Source: Leucoraja erinacea
Taxonomy: Eukaryota
Length of the DNA: 64,000 nucleotides
Reading direction: 5' to 3'
Assembly (NCBI RefSeq): GCF_028641065.1
Contig: NC_073405.1
Coordinates: 17,794,001-17,858,000 of the forward strand
Below the pieces are notes generated by a model that saw only the letters and a list, made by a program, of their open reading frames with translations, ran no database searches and was not told the DNA's origin. The position numbers and the translations under genes were made by a program. Below, piece by piece: positions 1 through 13,912 of this stretch; the first letter of the stretch is position 1; every line of letters begins with the position of its first letter.

Positions 1-19
1 ACAAGTCTCTATGGTGGTG

Positions 20-375
20 GGGGGGGGGAAGGGGAGGGGGGGGGAGAAAGAGGGGGAGGGAGGGGAGGAGAGGGAGAGGGAGGGGCGGGAGAGGGGGGGG
101 GGGGAAGGGGAGGGGGGGGGGGAGAGGGAGGGGGGGGGGGGGAAGAGGGAGGGGGGGGGGAGAGGGGGGGGGGGGGGGGGGAAAAAAGAGGGGGGGGGGG
201 GGAAAGAAGGAGGGAGAGGGGGGGGGGGGGGGGGGGGAAGAGGGAGGGGGGGGAAGATTAGAAATTTCCATTGTCAGAGGGGGAGGGGAGGTAGAGAGGG
301 GGGGGGGGGAGAACAGAGGAGGGGGGGGGGGAATGGGGAGGGGAGGAAAGGGGGGGGGGGGGGGGGGTGGGGGGT
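20..375. repeat. G/A-rich low-complexity tract
   Basis: Almost entirely G runs interrupted by A. Confidence 0.9.
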
Positions 376-960
376 GTGTTTGAACGATAGATAAAAGGGT
401 CTATAAGTTTCTGATTACGTTTCAAATTTCCATTGTCAGCAGCCGTTTTCTTATCAGTGTAGCCAGTTTAATTTATTCACACCTGAATTATTTTGCAATG
501 AATAACTTCACATCAGTAAAACTGTCAAATTTATCCCTCAAACATTGCAGGCTTCAAAATGTGGCATTTGTGTCCGTACTTGCAGAGTATACTATGCAGC
601 CAATCATTACTTAAATTGCTGTGTATAGTATCCTTTGCACTGCTTATATCACCACCCTGAATTGCATTCCTCTCTAACTTTGCTCCATTGACTACTTCAA
701 ATTGCCTATTAATAAAATTGTCATCTGGCTTTTGCTACTTGTCTAACTTTTTGTGTCAAGTGTTAAGACTTTTATGAAGTAAATTCAGAATATTTACATG
801 TTTGTTGGAACTATATGAAAGCAAGATGTTATTAAATAGAGAACTTATAGGATGTTTTCATCCAACTGTAAAGCAAAACAAGCAGAAAATTGCTTGCTTG
901 TCTGAAGTGTTGTCTACTTTCTGTGGGATGCAGATAATAACCCGTTTCCTCATTACATTT

Positions 961-1092
961 AGACAATAGACAATAGGTGCAGGAGTAGGCCATTCGGCCC
1001 TTTGAGCCAGCACCGCCATTCACTGTGATCATGGCTGATCATCCACAATCAGTACCCCGTTCCTGCCTTCTCCCCATATGCTTTGACTCTGC
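961..1092 (-). mobile_element. CR1/HER1-type LINE 3' end
   Basis: agacaatagacaatag tail plus ggagtaggccattcggccc. The same 3' end occurs at about 1640-1820 (-), 11905-12075 (+) and 51030-51200 (+). Confidence 0.75.
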
Positions 1093-1399
1093 TGAGTCAA
1101 GGGCTATGGTGAGTTGCTGAGTTACCTATTGTTTATTTCTTACATTAACCTGTCAGAGATAATCCTTAAATCCAGGTTCTGCCATTGGTTTTCAACATTT
1201 AAAGTTGTGTTAGATCAATAATAATCATTTTGATTTAAAGCAGTAATTAATCAGTGGCTCTCATTGACTTGAGCATTTGCTTGCATTGTGAACAGTATGT
1301 TTGATTTGCATACCACAAATTAAGAATCTGCCTGTAGACATAATTTCTCACTATTAGGGCTTGAGATTAAAAAAAAGAGTTTAAGAGTACACTCACTGT

Positions 1400-1635
1400 G
1401 GTTTTGTCAAGAAATATGTGCACAGTCAGGCATTGCAAACAACTGATTTCAACGATCACATAATCTATCGTGATGATATTGGTTGAGAGAGAAATATTAC
1501 CAGAATGCTGCATTCTTCGTTGAATAGTTTAAAAATGTTTTTTATGTCCAATCAAGCAGTCGGACAGGCTCGTAGTTTAAAATTATATCCATAAGACATG
1601 ATCGCTGATAATAATTTACTGCAATGTAGAGGTGG
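1400..1635 (-). mobile_element. Old Deu-domain SINE (SacSINE1/AmnSINE1-like) remnant
   Basis: ttggttgagagagaaatatt...ttttatgtcca...gtttaaaattatatcc resembles the DeuSINE core; related to copies at about 20290-20520 and 50770-51030. Confidence 0.5.
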
Positions 1636-1933
1636 ATTCATAAGGAATAGGAGTAGAATTAGGCCATTCGGCCCATTAAGTCTACTCTGCCATTCAGTCA
1701 TGTCTGATCTATCTCCCTCCTGACCCCATTCACCTGCCTTCTCTCCATAACCTCTGACACCTGTACTAGGTCAAGAATCTCTCTGCCTTGAAAATATCCA
1801 CTGATTTGGCCTCTACAATCTTCTATAGAAATTTCTCCTTTGAGTAGAGTAACCTTTGAGTATGTTTGAGTAACCTTTGAGTCAGCATTCTGTTATCATT
1901 TGACCAAGCTTACTCTTGCATTAATTAGAAGAT

Positions 1934-2086
1934 TGACACAAAATGCTGAAGTAACTCAGTGGGACAGGCAGCATCTGTGGAGAGATAGAATGGGTGACGT
2001 TTTGAGTCGAGACCCTTCTTCAGACTATCTCTCCGACTATCTGACTATCTTTGGCGTAAACCAGCATCTGCTGTTACTTTCTCCAG
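1934..2086 (-). mobile_element. Penelope-like element terminal (pLTR) fragment with decayed hammerhead core
   Basis: gacacaaaatgctg..ctcag..ggcagcatct..gtgacgttttgagtcgagacccttcttcagact is the reverse complement of the end of the Penelope copy at 38510-38640. Confidence 0.75.
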
Positions 2087-5000
2087 ATCTTGCATTAATT
2101 ATACCCATAAAATTGTTTTGTTGAACGGGATAGCTAACATAACTGCAGGAACGTAATGCAGTTACTTTTCTTATTTTTAATGACAAACATCTTAGCTAGT
2201 ATGTGAAAGCAATTGTTTATTCAACTGGCTGAACTATCTGTGAGGAAACAAGTAATTGAAATTAAATTAGATTTCAGTACGTTCTGTGTAAATGTGATTT
2301 GTGATGCATTTGCTCTGCAATTGTAGCACCAACCCACCCACCCACAAATACATAAGTAAGACGATGCATAATCGTACGGATAAGACAAGGAGAGGTGTGA
2401 ATATTAATAACTTTTTTTCCTTGTCTGTTTAAAATAGCTGTCAAGCTTCAGGGGCACATGCCCTTAATATACAGAGTTTAAGGTCAGAGATACTGAATTG
2501 TGAACACCATGTAGCATGTAATGCTTATAAAGTTCTTTCAAGCAGGGTTGAATTTTCAGGGAGTATGGCATAATCTGAGTCATATGTTAAATATTAGGGT
2601 AGTTGACGATGAAGTAGTTTAATAGTGCATGATCAGCAACCTACGAACATTGTCTTAATTGCAAATAGTATCTCATGTTTTGTCAGACATTTCACAGGGA
2701 TTCTATCTTGGTATTCCCTCCTCTGGTGAAGACTGAGTATATCCTAAATGAACGCTTTAATAGATAGCTGAGACAACATTTATTTTGTACATAAACCAGC
2801 TTTTAAACTGTCAAGTAAAGATGTCCTTTTAATGAAACCATAAAGTATAATTTTGAAATTTGCATTGGGAAAAAAAGTGATTCTTAAATTCTACACTGGA
2901 TGTATTTTTCAAACATCCATTATCTTATGCGTGTGGAATTTTAATTAAAAACATTTTAATTTAATAGTTCAACAGAACCAGATGTTGTGATAAAACAGCG
3001 TCAACGTGAAGCATCTGTTTTTTTGCCAAAGATGTTGTGTGATCTATTGAGTGTATTTATCATTTTCATTTATAAAAGCTCTTTAATCTTTCAATTATTG
3101 ATGCCACCAACACTTGAGTATTTGAAGTGATTTTAAAAATGTCCTTTGTTCTGATCATAAACTTTAAACTTAAGTGGGTTATTTATTAATCTTGAGCTCT
3201 GGGACTTGCCGTCAATTACTTATTTTTTACTGATGTGTCAAGTGGATTGCAAGTTCAATGAGAGACTAAACTGGCACAAAACTGATGTTTAAGATTTCTT
3301 CCTTCCCAATTTACACGCTAAAATGAACAATAGATTTATGTAATATGCAGTTTTTTCAGCTCTGGAAAAATAATTAACATGTTACTTGAAGCCAAAGTTA
3401 TTTCAATAAATCTATATCTGTTTTGTGGTCAAAGCATATCTTTTCTTTTTGTGCCAGAAATTAATTTAAAATTAACTACCTTGGTGTATTTGCTTTTCAG
3501 GTGTGTAAAGCCAGTTGTCAAGTTAAGGATTTTTGCATTGTTTCACATGGCCTGTGCATGGTGTGATTTTCTGGGAGTTAATGGTTTGCTATTTTATTTT
3601 AAGTATCTAAATGTATTGCACAAAGCTCTTCTGCAATGTTATCAGAACACGAGTCTCCTCCTTAACAAAAGGCAGTTTTTGAAATCTCCAAATACTAGTA
3701 AAAAATAATGGCATAGCTGTGAGAGCCATTTTGTGATCCAGATATCAGTTTTCTTGCTAAAGGTGCTGTAACCTCACTCAGTGAACAACTGTTCGCATTA
3801 AGATTTGCCAATGCTCCTTCCAGCTGTGAGTACTTCATGGAAGCAATGCTATAAAACAGCGTTGTTAAGGAAATATATGCATAGAAGGATCCTCTAACAA
3901 AATGGATGGTTACAGAAGCACCAACCATCTAAATGTGATCAGACCAAGCTTTATCCATGTGTTTACTTCAGTACAGCCATTAATCCCCAAGTTTAGATAA
4001 CTTAATCTGTTTATTTTTCTTTTGCTAAAAGTTCTTTATGAATGTACACATTTGGTTCGTATTATAGCGGCTGATGTAGCATGTTTTGCTTTGAAATGCT
4101 TTCTGTCTGCTTCAGATCGTCAATTTGCTGAGTTTGCATCCGCATATTTCTTCCTAGGCTGGAGTAAAACATCATTTTTACGTCTACTTCTCAGCGGTCT
4201 GCAGAAAGTAATTCCAACTCAGCTGGAGCTTTGTCGTTTCTGATACAGAATTATTACTCTTACAGAGCAAACAAATGAGCAGCTCTGTCCTGTGTGCCTC
4301 ATTATGTTAATACTGCTGGAATTCTACAGGGCAACTTCATCCCATTGTTTTTTTCCTTTGACCCCTGTAGGTTTCTTCATCTCTTGTATGGGCTATGCAG
4401 AAAGGTGACTATTAGAGTTTTATAATGGATCCTGCTGCTGTTAAGTCCTGTAGTGCTTCCTCTAACACAACGTTCATTAACCTCCTGCTGCCATCTAAAA
4501 TGCTTTTTTGCCCTTGTTTAAAATCCCATAAAACGTGTGCAATGCAGACCAAATTATATCATCCATTTACCCTTAAAGAGTGACCTATATATTAACCCTT
4601 TCACTGATATTGTGTGGAAATCTGAGCAACTTTAAATGTTTTTTAATAGTTCTCCACTTCTTTCCCCCTTCCACAACCCCTCAGACTAATTATTGTAAAA
4701 CATGGCTTAAACCTTCTATTATCTCTTGTTTGATTGAGAGTATGATACTCAAGACGCAATATTTAAAATGAATAGTTAACATTTTAACTAGCCTATTATA
4801 TAGCAAGATTGTACGTTAAAGCAGTTCTCCGCTTCTTGAACTGATAGGAATGTTTCTAGTGTAATATGGAGAGCTTGTCATTGATTCAGCTTTTAGGTAG
4901 ATCAGAAATATTGTGAACAACTTGAAGAATAGGTATTTATTTTCTGCATTAAGACCACAATTTCTTATTCAATGATAAAGCTTATGTTGTGTATTGATAG

Positions 5001-6719
5001 ATCATCTCATGACATCTTGAGTATGTAAGATGTAGCCTACAGCCCAAAAGTATCAACATTGAAATTCCCAATTTTAGTTAGCAAACCAACAACAACCCTT
5101 TCCTGTCCCCTGTCCAGAGGAAGAGTCCTTTCCTCTGACTTCATATTCCACACATCTTCTCTCCTTTCCACAGCCTTTTTGTCTTCTTCCCAACTCTGGC
5201 CTTTGTCCACCAACTGCCAACCTCCCTTTCCTGTATCCACCTACCACATGCCAGGCTTTGCCCTGCCCCACCACTACAATCAGCCTGAAGAAATCACATT
5301 ATCTTAAATTGTGCAGACAAAAAGATAATAGTTTTTGATATATTATCAAAAAGATAATAGTAGATTAAAAAAAATAAGAATTTCGTCAGCATTTTTTGTC
5401 TACTTTTGATTTTTCCAACATCTGCAGTTCCTGCTTGAACATCTTAGATTGTGTGCTGGGAATGAACATGTACTACACTGATTCCGTCGATTCATGCTTC
5501 CAAGATAGTGCAAAAACAAATCTGCTGTTGTGGAGAAGGCGACTAATCAGTTCCCAACAGCTGAATAGATCGGATTGAACTAAACCTCAGACCGCTCACT
5601 TCTATTTTCCTATAGTTTGTGTCAGAGGTGATACTTAGATTCCTGCACATACTGCTTCGGAGAGAAACTGACACCTGGCAAGATGGCAAAGGGATCATTA
5701 CATTTTGACACCGGCAATGTTTGAGCACAGACAGAATGTTGCATGGTCTAGTGTCAATAAAACACACAGAATAGCTGTCTATAAACATATGTCTAGTAAT
5801 AAACGGTGGCTAGAGCCACTTGTTATGGAATTTAATGTATAGGTTTGTTTTTAGAATTAACCAATTACTATGATTTTTTTCATCAAAATACAGCATATCA
5901 CTGAAAGTAGGCCATTATCCTCAGTCTGTAAGATAAAAAATATCCAATAATGGTAGTATTGATTCATTAAAAGAATAGATGTTTAATAATACCTAGAACA
6001 ACAATGTATGTTTTCAATTTCCTAATTTAAAGATATTAGTTTGTTGTAAAAGCAGGCAATGTAGATATATTTAAAGAATATACATTATGCAGACCATCCC
6101 AGTACCCTTCACCAAATGCAGCTGTGCTAATTTTTGGAATTTTTAATTAATTGTGAAATTAACAATCATGAAATCCCTTACAAATGATTTGATTGGAAGT
6201 TAACGGACTTCTTGTTAACATGTAGAATAAATAGGTCTGAAAGCCAAAGTGTATGAAATCTAGCATGTTAAGATGAAGCAAATGTAAACCAAATAAAATT
6301 CCGGTCATTAAGTGCAAAAAATAAACGGAAGGAAATAGGGGTTTTGTCGATCCATCACAAAGAAAGGCAGTGTTGTAGACTAAAAACTAATGAGAGCTAA
6401 TGAATAATAAATAGGGATGTGAATTGTACTAATGTGGTTACAGAGAACCACCGAAAAAGCCCAAAAGAAGACATGGAATGCAGCTGTGACGACATTGATT
6501 ATCAGGAACTTCATTGATTATGTTTAGCATGCACCCATTGTTGTAACTGAAAATTGGATCTACTGTCAACTAAGTTAAACTTGCGGATAATCATTTTACA
6601 CTGTAAACAAGACCTAGTTTTACTGTTATTCAAGTTTCTGTGAAATCTTATCAGCTAACAATATAAATGCTGTACCAAAGTCACGTTCAGCAGATCAGCT
6701 TTGACTGGTCTCCTGATGC

Positions 6720-7569
6720 ACACTAGCTTTAATAAATCGCCAATACATCAAACACCAACTCCGCGTGGCACCCCCCCGACATGCGCTGGCATTTGGCTCT
6801 CTGAATCCTCTCTGTTCTGTGTTCCTCTCTGTGAACGAGCAACTTCTGCAGATCCGGACGACAGGCGAGATCCTGGGGAGGTGAAGAGGGATTGAGGGAG
6901 GAAGAGGGGGGAATGGGGGAGGTGAGGAGAGAGAGTGTGGGAATAGAGGGAGAGGAGTGGGGGTGATTGGGAGTGGGGAATAGATGGACTGGCCCCACCC
7001 CTCTCCCTCTCCCCCTCCCTCCCCACTCTTCCCCCTCTCTCCCCTACCCCATCTCCCTCACCCCATCTCCCTCCTGCCCTCCCTCCTTCCCTCCACCCCT
7101 CTCCTACCCCCTTCCCTCCCCTCCCCCCCCCCTTCCATTCCCTTCCCCCCTCAGCCCCCTCTCTCTCCCTCTCCCTCCCTCTCCCCCCTCTCTCTCATCC
7201 CCCTCTCTCTCTCTCCTCTCATATCTCTCACCCCTCCTCCCCCACCACCTCCCCCCCACCCCCTCTCTGTCTCTTGCCCTTCTGCCTCTGCCCCTTTCTC
7301 TTTGTCTCTCTCCCCATTCTCCCTTGGCTCTCACTCTCCCCCCCCCCCCCACCCCCCCCCCCCTCTATAGACGCGCCTGCAAGTTGGGGGCTATGCGTCA
7401 GTGGATAGGGCGGTTATGGGGTAAAAGGAGCAAATTAATAATATTAATATAATATCAAGCAGGGTAGTTAGTGTGTGTGATGCTGCATGCTGCCCCCAGC
7501 CCCCCCCCCCCCCCCCCCCCGCAACCACACGTTGGGGGAACAGACCCAACAGGTCTGCACTTGGTCTAG
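6720..7569 (+). mobile_element. Non-autonomous Helitron, 3' part, with internal G-rich then C-rich tracts
   Basis: Terminal hairpin CAGACC-caaca-GGTCTG (7541-7557) followed by cacttggtCTAG|t. The 5' boundary is approximate. Confidence 0.7.
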
Positions 7570-9975
7570 TAAACTCTAAATTCCCAAAAATGCACCCTCT
7601 CCAAAGCCTCTATGTCCTTCATGAAGCCCTGTGCCCAGAAATGCACCCAACTGTAATAATAGTGCTGCAGACTTTTCTTACAGAACACAGTCTAAAACTC
7701 TGGCTAATAATTATTGCATACTGCAATTCCATTTGTATAATTTTGTGGGTTTGTATCATTTCTTTGGTGGGTGGTGGGAGTACAGGGGGCGATTTTGATG
7801 GGAATGGTGGAAACCTCTCCTTTATAATGTGTACCAGCTTGATGGATTCAAGCTGCTTTATGTCATTAATACTTAATGATCCATAAAAACCTAATCCTGG
7901 GCCTGTATCTCACAGCAATAACGTGGAAGCTAGCTGTGTCTATGAAAGGATTGTGCTGCAGATACACAGAATCCTGCAGCGCTGGGTCATTGTACGAGTC
8001 GCCCTCGAGCATCAGTCAATCACCAGCGGGCAATTAACTGCTTGCAATGGGGATGAAATGTTCACATGCATTTCCTTGACAAATAGAAATAATAGCAGCG
8101 CTTACACTGAAGTAGACATTGAAGCAAGCATATGCGTTGAGAAATATAATAGTGAATAAATGTTAATTTAATTTCCAAAATCTTATAAGAGACTGAAAGC
8201 CAAGCCAATAACATTGAGACTGGGGTTTAGAAATCAGAGTTTTAAGTAGTGTTTATGATATTGTATAAATACAAATGTAATATTTGCATGATACAATTTT
8301 AAGTTTTATTTTTCTTCCAGTGCCCAACCACTCCACTCTCCTCCCCCTACCCCCAGGCTATTTGCAGGGCGTACATGTTGAAGAGGGAAGAAAGTGATGT
8401 TAATATGGATTCTTCATACCAATGCCTAAATATTTTCTTATTTTAGGGCTATTTAGGACTTTGCTGTAATCTTTATTGCATCAATTCAGTGTAGTTGGTA
8501 GGGTGGGCTGAGCAGGGGACATGAGCGTGGAAGAATCATGTACAGATTATTTAAAATGTATCTCTTAGCTACTGACTTCTGTCTTTTAAGGCTGCAATAG
8601 CAAATTTGTTTTTGCTGAGATATTTTGAAACTGGCCGGACTATTCCAGAAGGCTGTTTAAAAAAAGCGTTTGGTGTCTTTGTTCTCGATGATCAACCGGG
8701 TACAGAATGGAAAGATGAGTTCATAACATATTGGTTAGACCTCAGTGTGACGTCCATTTTTGTTGCAGCATATCATACTTTAGGAGGATGGGCACATTCA
8801 GTAATACGGCAAGTAACTTATGTGGAGAAACCGGTGAAAACGTTTAAAGGATTATTTGTTCGAAATGTTATAAACCACAAACCACAAAGAGTATGTTTTG
8901 CTTGAAACCAAACGAGGAACCATTTCCCAAAGAACAATGGTCAATAAATCAGCGGGCGACAAATTTAAAGCATTTGAAAAAAATCAAGAGGCAATATGAA
9001 GGGAAAACATATATTCTTCACATTATTATAATGTGGAATGTACTGCTTATACGGGTAATGGAAGCACACTCCCACAAGAAAATTGGATGAATACTTGAAA
9101 TGTCTGGAAAAAAGATAACATTGGAAAAAGCTAGAATGAACACTGAGTATGTCACCCTCTCTAAACAGACATGATGGTGTAAAAAGGACGCAAAGTGCTG
9201 GAGTAACTCAGCAAGTCAGACATCTGCTGAGCTATTCCAGTACTTTATGGACTTGTTGAGTTACACCAGCACTTTGTGGACCTGCTGAGTTACTCCAGCT
9301 CTTTGTGTCATGCTGTATATTAACCAGCATCTGCAGTTCATTGTTTCTACATGACAGTCTAAATGTTTTGCTCTTACATTGAATTGTTTGATTTATCTCT
9401 CTATCCTGTCTTCAGGCTATTCTTTCTTATCTCAAGCTCTCACTCACCCATTTTGTGCCCCTCCTCGCTCTCTACCCCCAAACATCTCCTGAGAGAGATT
9501 TAATTCTTATCTTGTAGAATTTATCCTGTTTCTTGACACAAATAAATTATTTATTTCTGGCTTAATTTTGAAGCAAATAATCTTGTAAAAGCATCTGACC
9601 ACAAAGTAACTTTTATGCATATCTATCTCCCAAAGCTGCTGCACCACTATCATGGAGAAACTTGTTCTTGGAAGTTGGACGACCAGTAGCTGCTATTGTC
9701 TCTTTTGTCAAATCATTTTGGAATGTTTCGTGCTTAAATCTGGTTAACATTGAGATAATAAGCATCTTTCACAAACTAATTAAACTTGAAGGGAACCATT
9801 AGGTGAGAACATTCTGGCTAGATCTGGGATATTAAGTTAGCTGTGAAAATATAGATGTACTGTACAGATTTAGAATTGATATCAAGATGATATCTTATGG
9901 AAAGAAAAACAATGTCTCAACAAAGACAATGTTCTTAAATATTATGGAAGATTGCACTTGGCCAGAGAGTGTTAG

Positions 9976-12394
9976 CAGGGCTGCCAACTCTCACGCTTTG
10001 AGCGTGAGAGTCACGCATTTCAGCCAATTCTCACACTCTCACACTGATGACAGAATTCTCATGCTGCCTTCAGTCCCTGCACAGTTTGTCTCTTTGCGCC
10101 ACGTGCGGTCTGGGGAAGTGCGTCGGTTGACGGCTATGAGTGGCGTCGCGTCTATTATCTTCTCTCTTGGTCGGATGTGCAGCCGCCGACAACATGAAGC
10201 AGCTGGAGATGGAACTAACCTGGTGAATTGGTTTAAAACATGGGGGGGGAGAGAGTCCCACAATGAGGCCAAACATCTAGGACAGGGTTCGGCAACCTAC
10301 AGCACATGGGCCGATCCGGCCCGAAAAAACACATTTTTTTTTCCCAATTCATTTTCGCGGATCGGGGCAAGCGAGCCGACCTGGGAACTGCAGCCAGTCC
10401 TGGAGCACACAGAATGCCAACTTGATCAGTATGGACAAATTGGGCCAGCCATGTACATGTTGTATAACTCTGACTCTATGCAGATCTGAATGGGCTTAGA
10501 ATGACCATTTAAGCAAAATTGCCCCCACTTTCCTCATTTTGATTCTTGAGATTAATATCCCTTTGCTCTGTTAACAGCGTTAAAGTACATATGAGGTAGA
10601 GTCAGGAAAGGGAACATGTTATTTTTTTTTAGTTTGCTTTAATTTGTTAGTTGATTGTTAGTTGACTGCCATCATTTCTGAAATGGTCTTAAAGTAACTT
10701 CACTGTTATAAAGCAGTAATAAGTGATTTTTGTCCAATCAATTGGAACTTGCATGAAATGTTTGCATTATTAGCAGGGCTGCCAACTCTCACGCATTGAG
10801 CGTGAGAGTCACGCATTTCACAAAATTCTCACGCTGATCACAAATTTCTCACGCTCAAAATCTGCAGATGCTGGAAGTTCAAATTAAAGCAAAAATTGTT
10901 TTAGAGGTGAGTAAAAACCATGAGGGGAATATAAGGTAAATGCATAGTCTTTTTCCCGAGATATGTGATTCAAGAACTAGAGGGCATTGGTTTAATGCAG
11001 GGCTGTCAAACTACCAGCCCGCGGGATGATTTTGGGGGGGGGGGGGGGGGGGGAAAGTAGTTTAGTTTCTCCCGTGTAGATGGTGTGATAGGTGAGACAC
11101 TGTGGTGGTTCTAGCACAAACCCCCTCCCCCCGAGGCATCGCTCATACCTCCCACCCTCACCTCCGGCGGGCCTGTGTCCATCGGCCGCTCTGTCCACAC
11201 CCCATGGAGTTTTAACCCTGGCCCAGAGCCAGGAGCGGACCGGGTGAGTGAGGGCGTCCGTGCCGCCTCTGGAGCCGCGGGGACAAATCTCGGGATAAGG
11301 CTCTGCTCCGATGCCCGACCCCCAGGTCACTGACCCTCACCTCCCCCGGACCCCAGCTGGAGACAGAGCACCTGGGCCAGCCCACATTCCCGGGGGGGGC
11401 GCGGCAGAGGGAAACGTTCCCTGGGCATCGCCAAGTCCCTGCTCACTCCGGATGTTGTCGCCGCTTCACTCACACACACTCTCACTCACACACAAGATTT
11501 AAAGTGATATGAGCTAAATTGGACTAGTTTAGATGGGTCATCTTGATCTGCATGAACAAGTTGAGATGAAGGGCCTGTTTCCCTGCTGTAAGACTGACTC
11601 ATTGTAGAAAGGGTGCAGTTGCTCTAGCGAGGATCCAGGGACGATTTATGAAGATGTTGGCAGGGCTGGAATTTTTTTTTCACTTTGAAGAAAGATTTGA
11701 TAACTGGGATTGTATTCTCTGCAGCAACGGAGGTGAAGAAAAAACTGGTGTATGATAAATTGCTGGTCGGTGTAGACTTGGTGGGCTGAAGGGCCTGTTT
11801 CCATATATAATTTACATATATATCTTAATTTCATTGAACCATATACAATTGAATATGTGGCATTATTTTTGTCTTGTTTCGCTTTTTTCTCTATAGTATG
11901 CATAATTTAAGAGGGAGTTAGATGTGGCCCTTGTGGCTAAAGGGATCAGGGAGTATGGAGAGAAGGCAGGTACAGGATACTGAGTTGGATGATCAGCCAT
12001 GACCTTTTTGAATGACGGTGCTGGCTCGAAGGGCCGAATGGCCTACTCCTGCAACTATTTTCTATGTTTCTATAACAGCATGAATTATAATCTGATTTCC
12101 ATACATGAATAAATCATTCACGTGCTGCACCTGTTGATCAGAGCCTGGCTCTACTGTGGAATGTAATTAGGAATGTAATTTAGCCTTATTCATACCTAAT
12201 CCAATTTAAAGTTTGCATAAATGTTGCATTCAAGTGTAAATTAAAAGACTCGCTACAGTATGCACCGGATTGCACAATTTCAAGCTGAAAAATGCGAAAG
12301 CTCCTTACCGTGGGAGGGGGACCCTTCCCCCCGCATTCGCTATGCTCCCTCACAAATTCTCACTCTCAACTCTCACCCAATGTTGGCACCCCTG
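9976..12394. mobile_element. Cluster of hAT-type transposon ends
   Basis: CAGGGCTGCCAAC left ends at 9976 and 10774 with a matching right end GTTGGCACCCCTG at 12394. Other CAGGG-type ends lie at about 10282 (cagggttcggcaacc) and 10998 (cagggctgtcaaact). Confidence 0.7.
11905..12075 (+). mobile_element. CR1/HER1 LINE 3' end
   Basis: tttaagagggagttagat...gggccgaatggcctactcctgc...ttctatgtttctat tail. Confidence 0.8.
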
Positions 12395-13442
12395 GTGTTC
12401 GTATAAAACAATCAGCAAAGGTTAGGGAAGAACATTGTATGTTGATGAAAAATGAGATGTGGAAAAGAACACTTATTTATGATCTTATCTATTATTTATT
12501 ATCTTATCTATTATGTATCTTTCCCTACACTTGACCAGGATCTAGTCAAACATGGTGTCAAAACTAACAGCATGAAGCAGGAATATAGCAAAAATCAATA
12601 TATTGATGTGTGAGTTTGGCAAACAATTTAAGTGGCTTTTAATGCTCCCAGCAATCTTTTTTTATTCTTTGGAGTTTAAAATATAGAAATTTACCAATGA
12701 TCCAATTAGTCAATGCCAGTGATTCTTTATGACATCCATCAAACTTCATTTTACTCAGCTTAATCTAATTCACTGAATGTATCCTGATTCCTTTCTCCTT
12801 CATTACTTACGTGGCTTTTCTTAATACTAATCTTATTTGCCTGAGTGTTAAGATAATGCTGGTATGCTGTGATATATAAAAAAAGCTAAATATTATTTAT
12901 TGGGGGTGGGACAGACAGAAAAATGCTGGGCAGCAGGGCAGGCAGTAACCATGAGAGTGAAATGGGTTAGCATTTCAATTCTATGATCTTTCTTGAAAAC
13001 TGGGAAAAGTTGGGGATATATAACAGGGATGATAGGGTAGAGAGAATAAGAAAAATAAAGTTTGTGAAAAGATGTTGGGGAGGGGAGATTAAAGAAGAAA
13101 AGTGGTGATGTGCAAGGCACAAAGGGATGTTCAATGGACCAATTAAAGAAACAAGATTGGCCTATGAGAGGTTCAAATGGGTCAGGCAGATTCTAAAATT
13201 GCAATAAGGAATATATTGTACTTTCTGGAAATCAGTAATGTGAACAAAGTAATGGGAAAGCAGATTATCTGAAATTGTTGACCTCAGCTTTGAGTTGGGA
13301 ATGCTGTGCCGTGCCTAGTAAGAAGATAGTGTGGCGGTGGGGTCCTACAGCAATTTCTAAATCTTCTCTGGCCACAGAAGAGATATCACACGACTGCATG
13401 GCATAAAATGTGGTTCTATTATTCAAGGGATAATATGGATAA

Positions 13443-13912
13443 GAGAGGGAAGGCAAGGGGTTACTTGAAGTTAGAGAAGTCAATATTCATACTGCTGGGG
13501 TGTAAGCTGCCCAAGCAAAATATGTGATGCTGTTCCTCTAATTTGCACTGGGACTCACTCTGACAATGGAGGAGGCCCAGGACAGAAAGGTCAGTGTGAG
13601 AATGAGAGGGGGAGTTAGTGTTTAGCAACACTTTAGCCTTCCCTCTCTCTCCATCCCTCCTCCCTTCCCAGTTGTCCAACTAGTCTGACTGACTTCATTT
13701 ACATTTTGCCTGTTTGCTTTGTTGTTACCTTCTCCTAGCTAACTATGATCTCCATCCCCTTTGTCTCGTTTTCACACCTTACACTTTCTTATCTCTGTAT
13801 CTCACTCTCCCCTGACTCCGTCTGAAGAAGGGTCTGGACTCGAAACATCACAAATTCCTTCTACCCAGAGATACTGCCTGTCTCACTGAGTTACTCCCGA
13901 ATTTTGTGTCCA
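13443..13912. mobile_element. Penelope-like element with inverted arrangement (minus-strand body, plus-strand pLTR)
   Basis: 13443-13630 matches the reverse complement of about 38250-38410; 13638-13912 matches the pLTR, including ctgaagaagggtctggactcgaaac. Confidence 0.8.

Noticed and set aside
11-394. Gly/Glu/Arg-rich ORF, and the similar Pro- or Gly-rich ORFs at 6967-7452, 26994-27750 and 55868-56570
   Set aside because: Translations of homopolymer or tandem tracts; long G/C runs may also contain sequencing errors.
9887-10489. 200-aa ORF
   Set aside because: Runs across unrelated hAT end fragments; no recognisable domain.
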